64,000 bases of DNA from Planktothrix sp. GU0601_MAG3 (lineage in GTDB: Bacteria > Cyanobacteriota > Cyanobacteriia > Cyanobacteriales > Microcoleaceae). Made by a program: the position numbers and the translations under genes. Every line of letters starts with the position of its first letter. The stretch's first letter is position 1. Positions 54,982 to 64,000 of this stretch are shown in pieces. The notes beneath the pieces were generated by a model, which searched no databases, was not told the origin of the DNA, and was given only the letters and a program-made list of their open reading frames with translations. Where the stretch lies: assembly GCA_035193785.1 (NCBI GenBank), contig CP136572.1, forward strand, positions 2,612,578 to 2,676,577, written 5' to 3'.

Positions 54982-56035
54982 TTATTTCCAACCTGCGCGA
55001 TCCATAATTTGAATTGCCTGGGAATTGAATTTTCCGTAGGCTGCAACATTGATCGAATTACTTTTAAATGTGCCAAAAGTCGCGAGAACAGGAGATACAG
55101 GAACACCCGCAACTACAGGATATTCAAAAGCACTTTGAGCAAAAATCTTTTGAGCTTCAGGACTCGCTAAATGATCTAAAAATTTAATTGCTCCCGCCTT
55201 ATTGGGGGCAGTTTTAATTACCCCAGCCCCGCTAATATTGGTGTGAGTTCCCTGGGCTCTTTGGTTAGGGAAAAATAAACCAACTTTACTGGCGATAGCT
55301 TTATCTTCGGGTTTGGGAGAGGCAATCAAACGCCCTAAATAATAGGTATTAGCTAGGGTTAAAGATCCCACACCCGCCGCCACCGCTTTAATTTGAGAAA
55401 CATCATTTCCCTCCGGGGGTCTGGCAAAATTAGCCACAAATCCTTTCACCCAGGTTTCAGTCGTAGCCGTTTCCACTTTCTCCAATCATCGAAGCCACTA
55501 AGGATTGATTATAGATATTATTAGAAGAACGAGCTACTATCTTTCCTTTCCATTTGGGATTGGCTAAATCTTCGTAGGTAGAAAGTTGAGCCGGATTCAC
55601 CTTAGATTTATTATAAACAATCACCCTCGCCCGTTTAGAAAACCCAAACCAATTACCATTTGGTTCCCTTAAATTCGCTGGAATTACTCGATTTAAAGTA
55701 GCGGAAGAAATAGGTTGAAAAATCCCCTGTTGTTGCGCTCTCCAAAGGTTTCCCGCATCCACGGTAATTAGAATATCCGCCGGACTATTGGCTCCTTCGC
55801 TCTTAATCCGTTCTACCATTTCCTCGGCTTTTCCTTCAACTAGATTAACTTTAATCCCAGTTTTTTTGGTGAAGCTTTCATAGATCTGATTATCCGTATC
55901 GTAATGGCGGGCGGAATAGATATTCAGCACCTGGGGGTTAGCTTGCGATCGCTCCATCGGGCTAAGTCCACCCGCAGCAACTACAGCTAAGGCTGTTCCC
56001 AGGGTGAGAAATCCACGTCTAGTAATTTTGTTCAT
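54982..56035 (-). CDS. futA: Fe(III) ABC transporter substrate-binding protein; apparent frameshift at 55469-55473
   Basis: Tat signal TRRGFL; IYSARHY, YEDLA, RSSNNIYNQSL, ANTYY. Confidence 0.92.
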
Positions 56036-56043
56036 CGGGCTTT

Positions 56044-56099
56044 AATGCAATAGTTTATCAAGAAGACAGTATACAGTTAATGCTAGTAATTCTCAATAA
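56044..56099. promoter_or_regulatory. Two Fur-box-like sites upstream of futA
   Basis: Minus strand TTATTGAGAATTACTAGCATT and TTGATAAACTATTGCATT, imperfect AT-rich palindromes ahead of an iron-uptake gene. Confidence 0.6.
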
Positions 56100-56309
56100 T
56101 TGTTTTTTAAGAACACTTGTGCTAATATAATCGCTTTTTTGCAGTCAATCAATTTGAGGAGAGTTATCCTTATTTTGCAGGGCTTACGGGCTTAAATATC
56201 TGGGTTAAGCTGAATCTGGGTTAGGGAATAAATAATTTAAGTGATTAAGATTCTTTTCTCAAGAGTCTAAAAATATTGCTAATTATAGTCAAATGAGCGG
56301 GATAAAAAA

Positions 56310-56346
56310 ATATTCACAGGTCATATTTGCTCCCACCTGTGAATAT
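56310..56346 (-). terminator. Intrinsic terminator
   Basis: ATATTCACAGGT..ACCTGTGAATAT 12-bp stem with adjacent A-run. Confidence 0.65.
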
Positions 56347-56377
56347 TGATTGTTGAAATTGAGTATTTCAGCCGCGC

Positions 56378-56891
56378 CTAATCACAATCAAGGGTATCCC
56401 GGGTGTTGCGTCCGGTGACGGGATTAGTTCCGGTTGCGACTTTGCAGAGGGTTTTTAGGGAATCCTTGCGTAACATTACATCGGTGAAATCAGCCCCGTC
56501 AATAATTGCCCCTTCAAATTCGGCATTATAGGCATAGGCGCCTTCGAGAATTGCGTTGGTCAGGTTGGTTCGCCTAAAACGGGCCATGTCCAGGGTAGAA
56601 TTTCTCAGATCTGCGCCTTCGAGGTTGACATCTTGGAGTTTCGCTCCAAATAAACTGACTCCCCGTAAATCCGTATGGCTAAAGTTGCTTCCGCGTAAAT
56701 TGGCAAAGCCAAATTCTGAGTCGGTGAGAACTTGGCCAGAAAAATCGGCATTTAATAAAGTCCGCTTTTCATAATTTTCAGCTAGGGCTGATGGGGTTTT
56801 TAATAGGGTTAGAAACCATCCAAAAACTGATTACCAGTAAAATTCCTAGGGTCTTCAGGGGTGAGAATATTCTCAAATTTATCAGATTCAT
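56378..56891 (-). CDS. Pentapeptide-repeat protein (thylakoid lumen type); apparent frameshift at 56812-56816
   Basis: A(N/D)LxxA repeats; C-terminal LCKVATGTNPVTGRNTRDTLDC; signal peptide lies in the upstream frame. Confidence 0.8.
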
Positions 56892-56967
56892 ATTTTTTCT
56901 GGGATCAATCAACATTTTCAGATAAAATTCGTACTTACCAATTATTGTATTTCTAATCCTAGATCCG

Positions 56968-57435
56968 ATGTCTAAATCAAGGGTAATTGGTTCTTTAGGG
57001 GAAAAACTGGTTGGCCATTGGTTAGAAACACAAGGCTGGCAGATTTTGCATCATCAATGGCATTGTCGATATGGAGAAATTGATTTAATTGCTGTTGAAA
57101 CGGGAGAATCGGGAATTTTGACTTTAAGTTTTATTGAAGTGAAAACTCGTAGTCAACGGAATTGGGATCAGGGGGGACTTTTAGCCATTACTCCAAAAAA
57201 GCAAGCCAAAATTATTCGATCGGCTGAATTATTTTTAAGCGATCGCCCCCAATTCCTAGAATACCCCTGTCGGTTTGATGTGGCTTTGGTTAGTTGTGTT
57301 CGCTACCCAGGTCTGACCTCTATCCCAGAGGAAGTTTCCAGCTTTTCCCCGCGTATAAATATTGGTCAGTCTGTATTGATAAACGGCCACCAACTGATTC
57401 TACAAGACTATATTGAATCAGCATTTAGCGAATAA
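56968..57435 (+). CDS. YraN (UPF0102) family putative endonuclease
   Basis: GEIDLIA, FIEVKTR, CRFDVA. Confidence 0.9.
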   Translation: MSKSRVIGSLGEKLVGHWLETQGWQILHHQWHCRYGEIDLIAVETGESGILTLSFIEVKTRSQRNWDQGGLLAITPKKQAKIIRSAELFLSDRPQFLEYPCRFDVALVSCVRYPGLTSIPEEVSSFSPRINIGQSVLINGHQLILQDYIESAFSE

Positions 57436-57444
57436 TCGAGGAAA

Positions 57445-57835
57445 TTAGGCTAAGGCTTCGGGACAATACCCTAAACCCCTAACAAATTGGGTTCGGAAGG
57501 ACTCGACATCTTCGCGGTTAGGAATTCCATGGGAAACCACCGCGACTTGGTAACGACGCATGACACTCAGGGGAGATTGTCCGGTTTCCAAACCCCAAAG
57601 GGCCATTAAAATTCGCATATCGGGTTCGTATGGAACACCCAATTCCTGCATAAAAGCTCTAAAGTCTCCATGTTTCTTGGGGGGTGAGATATTCAGACAT
57701 TTTGACTTTAATAATCCAGCCGTTAATTTGGTGAATCACCGTAATAAACTGAACGGGGAGAGAATTATTTGAACATAAAAAGTCTATGACTCTCAGGGTA
57801 AGACTTGTATTGGCAAGGTAGTAAAGGTATTCCAT
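57445..57835 (-). CDS. Conserved cyanobacterial hypothetical protein; apparent frameshift at 57672-57676
   Basis: MEYLYYLANTSLTLRV...TVIHQINGW...QEHGDFRAFMQELG...GLGYCPEALA. Confidence 0.75.
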
Positions 57836-58219
57836 CGGTGATCTCCTGCATGATTGTTCCGCCTGTTTGTTGCTAAACTCCAGTCTGAAACTCTGCAACA
57901 AAGAGCAATAGGGGCGGTATTTTTGCTTGTCTTGTGTACCCGTTTATCCAGGTCTGAAGTTGAAACGGAGCCAAAAATGATTGGACTCTCATAAACGCCA
58001 GATTCTGTAGGCAACATAACCCTATACCTATCTATATTGACAAGATTAGGGATAATAAGATAGGGGAAAAGCACCCGATTTTTCATGGGGGATTCTACCC
58101 AAAACGTCCTTCAGATCAAGATATAACTAATCTAAATTACCACAGGGATCAGCAAATATTGAGTTGCTCTTCCATGAGATAATGTATAAAAAAATTTGGG
58201 TCAAGGACAATTAGAAAAA

Positions 58220-59356
58220 ATGGATCAGTTAGATTATAAGTTAGAAAGCTATAGTTATGAATTACCAGAAGAACGGATTGCCCAAAATCCGGTTGTACCG
58301 AGGGATCACTCCCGTTTACTCGTTGTAGATTCTCCAGACTCCCATTTTCACCGTCTATTTAAAGATTTGCCTGAGTTTCTTAAACCGGGGGATTTACTTG
58401 TACTTAATAATACCCGTGTACTTCCGGCCCGTCTGTATGGACACAAAAGTAGTGGGGCGGCGGTGGAAGTCCTGTTACTGGAAGAAAAACAGCATCATTG
58501 CTGGTTGGCCTTAGTCAAACCGGGTAAAAAATTTCAACCAGGTTCTGTAATTGAGTTTGAACTGAATTCTGCCTCAAAAAATAATTGGAATTGTGAAACA
58601 TTGCGGGCGACGGTATTAGAAACCGATGAAGAAACTGGGGGAAGGTTATTAAAATTTGAAATCCCACCCTGTAAGTCTCTAATTCCGTTTTTAGAAGCCT
58701 TTGGTAATGTTCCGTTTCCTCCATATTTGACGGAAACCGCAGCCTTACCGGAACAATATCAAACGATTTATGCAGAACATTCCGGGGCCGTCGCCGCACC
58801 AACTGCGGGGTTACATTTCACTGAAGAATTATTTCAGAGTTTACAATTAAAAGGAATTGAGCGAACCTTTTTAACTTTGCACGTCGGAGTTGGAACTTTT
58901 CGACCTGTAGAAGTCGATTATATTATCGACCATCAAATGCACGGAGAATGGATTGAAGTCCCGGCGGAAACCTGGGAAAAAATTGCAAAAACCAAAGCAT
59001 CTGGGGGGAGGGTTATTGCCGTGGGAACTACCTCTGCACGGGCATTAGAAGGGGCTGCGATCGCCCTTTCCCAAGCTACAGAAGCCTCCCAAGAATCAGG
59101 GACTACAGGCTATTGTGGGAAGACTGATATTTTTATTTATCCTGGATATCAATGGAAAATTATTGATGGATTAATTACTAATTTTCACTTACCTAAATCT
59201 AGTTTATTAATGTTAGTTTCGGCATTAATTGGACGGGAACGTTTACTAGATTTATACCAACAGGTTTTGGAAGAACCTGCCAATGAATTTGGACAACAAT
59301 ATCGGTTCTATTCCTTTGGAGATGCCATGTTTATTGCTCCAGAAAGTGTGTTGTGA
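58220..59356 (+). CDS. queA: S-adenosylmethionine:tRNA ribosyltransferase-isomerase
   Basis: AAPTAGLHF, LHVGVGTF, ITNFHLPKS, YRFYSFGDAM. Confidence 0.97.
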   Translation: MDQLDYKLESYSYELPEERIAQNPVVPRDHSRLLVVDSPDSHFHRLFKDLPEFLKPGDLLVLNNTRVLPARLYGHKSSGAAVEVLLLEEKQHHCWLALVKPGKKFQPGSVIEFELNSASKNNWNCETLRATVLETDEETGGRLLKFEIPPCKSLIPFLEAFGNVPFPPYLTETAALPEQYQTIYAEHSGAVAAPTAGLHFTEELFQSLQLKGIERTFLTLHVGVGTFRPVEVDYIIDHQMHGEWIEVPAETWEKIAKTKASGGRVIAVGTTSARALEGAAIALSQATEASQESGTTGYCGKTDIFIYPGYQWKIIDGLITNFHLPKSSLLMLVSALIGRERLLDLYQQVLEEPANEFGQQYRFYSFGDAMFIAPESVL

Positions 59357-59359
59357 AGC

Positions 59360-59637
59360 GGGGAATGGGGAATGGGGAATGGGTTTTGGGCAATGGGTTT
59401 TGGGTAATGGGTAATGGGTTTTGGGTTTTGGGTTTTGGGTAATAGAAGGAGTTTACCTCCCCCTGCTCCCCTACTCCCCCTGCCTCCCCTGCCTCCCCTG
59501 CCTCCCCTGCCTCCCCTGCCTCCCCTGCCTCCCCTGCCTCCCCTGCCTCCCCTGCCTCCCCTGCCTCCCCTGCCCCCCTACTCCCCCTGCCTCCCCTGCC
59601 TCCCCTGCCTCCCCTCTTCCCTCTTCCCTCTTCCCTG
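59360..59637. repeat. Heptamer STRRs followed by a 9-mer (CCTCCCCTG)n array
   Basis: GGGGAAT/GGGTTTT units at 59360-59441; more than a dozen CCTCCCCTG units at 59457-59615. Confidence 0.95.
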
Positions 59638-59645
59638 CTATCAAA

Positions 59646-60249
59646 TCAGGACTTGTTTTTTTTCCCAATTAATTGATCAACTAAATTTTTATGGTAATTG
59701 GGTGGAACTTTCACCACTTCGCGGTGGGGCGGGGTGGGGGTGGGGGCTGGGGTTGCGGGACGGGAGGCTTGAGCTTGAGTCGGGACAGAATTAGTATAGG
59801 GGGGACGTCCGAAGCCTAGAATGATTCCCCGAGTTTCGGGTGCGACGCATGACTTCACCCCCATTGGCATCATTACCCACTCCCGTATTCCCCTCAATAC
59901 TGATAATACTGCCATCGGATTTAACCGATTCTACGATCCCAACATGATCGGCAATTCCATCCCCCCGCCAACAGAAAAAGACCACATCCCCGGCTTTTGG
60001 CTCCTGAAACCACTGGCCCCGTTGTCTAAACCAGGACACCCCATCGGGACAGTAGGCGAACCCTTTGGCACTTCTGATGGGCAGGGGTAGGCCAATTTTG
60101 TCAAAACAATAGGAGATAAAAATTGCACACCAAGGAACATAATTCATGCCGTACCATTGGCCATACTTATTACCATTACTACCCGGGGGATATTCGGTAT
60201 ATCCAACTTCACCCGCAGCAATATTAATTAAATTACCTACAGTTGTCAT
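59646..60249 (-). CDS. CHAP-domain peptidoglycan hydrolase; apparent frameshift at 59833-59837
   Basis: PWCAIF (Cys), DHVGIV (His), IEGNT; repaired RRTRTRGIILGFGRP. Confidence 0.85.
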
Positions 60250-60484
60250 AAGAATTCTCCAAAACTTTAAATTGATTTGGGATAGTTTAGGCTAATCCGT
60301 GCGTCACCTATTGATTTTGGGATGAGATTTTCCGCCTTTACTACCAATATTTTACTCTTTTTTTTCTAACATAGGGAGTCAAGGTTTTTATCCGGTGAAG
60401 TCAATTAAAGAAAGATCGCACCCGAATTCCCATTCCATTTTTACTTTCAAGGAGATTTCTGGGTAATCCGAATTAATTCTAAAA

Positions 60485-61574
60485 TCAGGAATAATTTTGA
60501 TTTGTGCGTTTAATTTGTTCCTGCTCTATGGCCTCAAATAAGGCTCTAAAATTACCTTCTCCAAAACCTTGAGCCTGTCTGATTTCACCTCCAATTGTAC
60601 AAAACTTTCGTTCAATAAATTCCAAGAAAAATGTCGGTTTTTCAAAAATAGGCTGGCTAAAAATTTGTAATAGCATTGCTTCCGGGTTTACTGCTTCCCA
60701 ATCTGCTAAGATTTGGTTGGATTTTAATGCTTCCCAATTAAATAATAAGGGTTGATCAATCCACCGTTTTTGCAATTGCAGATAATATTCATCGGGAACC
60801 GTTAAAAAAGATAATCCTCTTTGTTTTAAAAAATTAACTTTTTGGACTAAATCAGAGGTTTTTAGGGCAATATGTTGAATCCCTGAGCCTTGATTGATGT
60901 CCAAAAATTCTTGAATCTGAGAATTAGTTGATGCGGGTTCATTGATAGGAAACTGAACTTTACCTTGGGAATGAACCATAACTTGACTTTGTAATCCAGA
61001 GCGTTTCCGTTTGAATATCAAAAATTTGTTTGGGTTGAAATCCCAAATGATTTTGATACCAAGAAATTGCGGTTTTTAAGTCTCCTGATTCTACATTTAA
61101 AACAACATGATCAATAGCCAGATCATGGGGGGAAGATATCGGCATAATATCGAAAAAACCAGGAATAGCTTTCCCAGGTATTGTTCCTATTTGTTCAACT
61201 AAAGTATGACGTAAACCCTGCCATCCTTCTAGGGTTAACCATTTTAATTTTCCCCCCGAATATTCCTGATATTTTAAGGGAGAAATTATCCGAACTCCTT
61301 GTTTAACAAGCCGTTCAAGTCTTAATTCTAAGTCTTGAACTTGAAAAGCAATGTCGGCAACACCCGAAGGATGAAACTGCAAAAATTTACTAACAGGACT
61401 CTCAACTGTTAGAGGTGAAGATAAGAGGAAATAAACTGAACCTTGGCAAACAATTTCTGTTTTGGTATGACCAAAGTTCCGGCTCCCAGTGCCTTGAAAT
61501 CCCAACTTATTTATAAACCAGTCCCGTGTTCGTTGGGCATCTTGAACATAGAAATGGATATGATCAAACTCCAT
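60485..61574 (-). CDS. hppD: 4-hydroxyphenylpyruvate dioxygenase; apparent frameshift at 61003-61007
   Basis: FDHIHFYV, IDHVVLNV, GIQHIAL, LLQIFS, GFGEGNFRALFEAIE. Confidence 0.92.
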
Positions 61575-61610
61575 AATTCTTCGTTCAATAGGCAATCATA
61601 TAATATAAAT

Positions 61611-62318
61611 TTAGAAAAATAAATGGCTTTCCGGTTGAATATTAATTTCCATGGGAACCGCTTGGGGCTCGGCCGATAAAGCAAACATAATAGAATTAGC
61701 TGCGGTTTCTGCACTCAACATTTTTGAGCGGTCAACTTTTAAACTGACATTATCCCAAAAGGGTGTATCCACGCCGCCAAAATAAAATAAGGTGACTTTA
61801 ATTCCATAGCGTCTAACTTCATCCGCAAAACATTTACTAAAACCCACTAAACCAAATTTAGAGGCACAATAGGCGCTAGACATTGCCATCGAATGTTTAC
61901 CCAAAATTCCCACAACATTACAGATATGTCCTGATTTTTGTTGCTTCATAATATTAGCAGCAGCTTGACAAGTATAAACCGAGCCCTTTAAATTGAGATC
62001 TAACATGGCATCTAAATCAGCCGGTTCAATTTTATTCCATTGTTTTAAAATTCCCGCCCCCGCCGCATTCACTAAAATATCAATTTGACCGAAATAATCG
62101 ACTGTTTTTTGAATTAAACCCTCGACTTGTTGGGGGTCGGTGATATCCGTTGGCACGGTTAACAATTCCGTTGGGCTTAACTCCATCGCCAGGGCTTCCA
62201 ATTGACTACTATTTCTGGCGACTAACACCAGCTTTGCCCCTGTTTGGGCCAATTTTCTGGCGACGGCTGCTCCAATTCCTCCGGTGGCGCCCACAATCAC
62301 AGCGACTTTGTTGTGCAT
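61611..62318 (-). CDS. Short-chain dehydrogenase/reductase
   Basis: GATGGIG, YCASK. Confidence 0.9.
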   Translation of the reverse strand: MHNKVAVIVGATGGIGAAVARKLAQTGAKLVLVARNSSQLEALAMELSPTELLTVPTDITDPQQVEGLIQKTVDYFGQIDILVNAAGAGILKQWNKIEPADLDAMLDLNLKGSVYTCQAAANIMKQQKSGHICNVVGILGKHSMAMSSAYCASKFGLVGFSKCFADEVRRYGIKVTLFYFGGVDTPFWDNVSLKVDRSKMLSAETAANSIMFALSAEPQAVPMEINIQPESHLFF

Positions 62319-62503
62319 TTTTCTTTACATTTCTTAACAATCATCCTTTTTAGTATAGCAAATTATCGTTACCTCTGTAGAGACGTGCCACGGCGCGTCT
62401 CTCAAACTCTTTCTTTCTCTAACTCTCCAACGTCTCTAAGTTAAGCCTTTATAAAAATTTACCGCAGTTTCGAGTCCCTGCACAGATAGGCTGTGGCGCA
62501 TCT

Positions 62504-63898
62504 CTAGGGAGAATTTAACTTGACTCTCCAATCTCTATCGGTTTTTTCTAAATTAAAGACGGTACTTACACTTAATAGCTTTTGAAAATTGCCACCCAAT
62601 CTTAATTTTTTAATAATTTTAGTAATAGAAATGCCATACTTTTGATGAAATTGGGTTCCTAGAACAGACAGAGAAACATTATCCTCCGATGAATTTAAAG
62701 TTAGTTCTTTGAAGATTTTAACTAAGGCGGTTTCTAAATCTTCTAAGGAATCAATCAGAGTCTTTTGAGATAATTCCGTACTTAATAAAGCTGGGGGTTC
62801 GATAACAGAAGATTGAATCTCGAATAGGGTGACATAGCTGGGGGATTTTTCCGAAGATTTATGGACGACAAAAATATGGGGATTTTTAACAAATATATCT
62901 CTGGCTTGATAATCCGAAAAATGGGCAGCCACCACTTGACTAATCGTTAAATTGTAGGCATCTTTATATAAAAGATCAACTCGATTAAGTTTAATCCATT
63001 GACAGTGAGAGCGTTTTTGTTCTAGTTTGATAACCTCTTGTAATTGTAGAATAAATTGATCTAAAGTAGGAATTTGAGGGGCGGTTTTTAAGGAATAAGT
63101 ATCCACTTGACTGGTGCGGGTATTCAGCACTGTAAGATTAGTTTTATTTTTAGTCACTTGATAAACGGTTAAACCATGGGTTTGTAGGGCGTTACACAAA
63201 TGGGTTAAGCCACGGTCAGAGGAACAAACTAAAACCTCTTTTGCCGTGGGATAATGTACAAAAATAGATGAGCCCACCGTTGACATTTTCAAATCTGCAC
63301 TATCTTTTCCCGGGGGAACATGAATTAATTGATAACTGCGTTGATGATATTCTAAATCCTTTTTTCCCATACTCCGCCAGTTAGCAAAGGCGACTTTAAT
63401 TTGCATAGGATATAAGCAAATAGTCTCTAAAAATTTCTCCGTTTCTATATCTAAAGTCAGATTTTCTACATCTAATAATAAAATACTAATTCCGCTTTCC
63501 CTAGGATTTCGGCCATTCAATAATAGGTGAGAAGAAGAATGCTCAACGAGGGGATAATGAGCAAATAGGGCCGCCACATTGGGGTCTGTCAGTTGTTCGA
63601 GTTTAGTAATTAATACTTGATATTCAGGAGAATGTAAAAATTCAACACTAAATAAACGGCTTAAATAAGCTTTAAGTTTTACGAATAAAGTCTCTCGATT
63701 TCGAGCTTGACTTAATCCCTGATTCAGTTGACGAATCAGTGAGGATTGATGTTCTGATTTTTGCCAAGGAATATGGCGATAACGGGGATTAATCCAGTGA
63801 GGATATTGAACGTTCACTAATGTTCGACAAACATAGTGACTAATGGCAGGAACAACCAGGGTTCCATTCTCTTGAATTGTGTTGGTTTGCTCGAACAT
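62504..63898 (-). CDS. NYN-domain protein with C-terminal OST-HTH/LOTUS-like domain(s)
   Basis: LLLDVEN, VAFANW, GKDSADL, CSSD; C-terminal LSVLGTQFHQKYG. Confidence 0.75.
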   Translation of the reverse strand: MFEQTNTIQENGTLVVPAISHYVCRTLVNVQYPHWINPRYRHIPWQKSEHQSSLIRQLNQGLSQARNRETLFVKLKAYLSRLFSVEFLHSPEYQVLITKLEQLTDPNVAALFAHYPLVEHSSSHLLLNGRNPRESGISILLLDVENLTLDIETEKFLETICLYPMQIKVAFANWRSMGKKDLEYHQRSYQLIHVPPGKDSADLKMSTVGSSIFVHYPTAKEVLVCSSDRGLTHLCNALQTHGLTVYQVTKNKTNLTVLNTRTSQVDTYSLKTAPQIPTLDQFILQLQEVIKLEQKRSHCQWIKLNRVDLLYKDAYNLTISQVVAAHFSDYQARDIFVKNPHIFVVHKSSEKSPSYVTLFEIQSSVIEPPALLSTELSQKTLIDSLEDLETALVKIFKELTLNSSEDNVSLSVLGTQFHQKYGISITKIIKKLRLGGNFQKLLSVSTVFNLEKTDRDWRVKLNSP

Positions 63899-64000
63899 AA
63901 CCGATACAAAAATGCTAACAATTCTATCTTGAATCCTAGTAGCATAGTGACATTATACCTGAAAAGCTCAATGTGATCTAAAAAAATCACCGAACAGAAA

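Noticed and set aside
59414..59794. Pro-rich, CLP-repeat and GRQ-repeat ORFs (possible collagen-like or RiPP precursor)
   Set aside because: All frames simply read the 9-bp tandem repeat; there is no leader peptide or modifying enzyme nearby.

Overview
AT-rich cyanobacterial chromosome segment (HIP1 GCGATCGC octamers throughout, chlG, psbY, heptamer STRR arrays; an Oscillatoriales/Planktothrix-like origin is my inference). It is mostly housekeeping and signalling genes (prfB, fabG, pdxA, trmB, csaB, glgA, era, queA, hppD, futA, xdhABC, PBP1A, porin, kinases) with many small palindromic or MITE-like repeats between them. Strongest pattern: apart from the programmed prfB frameshift, all 22 frameshifts I could reconstruct are repaired by removing one base from GAAAC/GTTTC to give GAAC/GTTC. 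That is the known Dnd DNA-phosphorothioation motif, so these look like modification-induced sequencing errors rather than pseudogenes. Other candidates: (i) an RHH repressor (TrcR-like) with a divergent promoter and operator driving a ~350-nt highly structured unannotated RNA upstream of an alr0857-family gene; (ii) an ORF-less IS200/IS605 element retaining a TnpB omega-RNA; (iii) a TPR-CHAT protease with shuffled sensor repeats beside an HTH-DUF4384-like protein sharing a short motif; (iv) a Cph1-type phytochrome with GGDEF-EAL output; (v) a vWA protein with a duplicated uncharacterised C-terminal domain. No rRNA, tRNA or CRISPR array was seen. All family calls come from motif recognition, not database searches.
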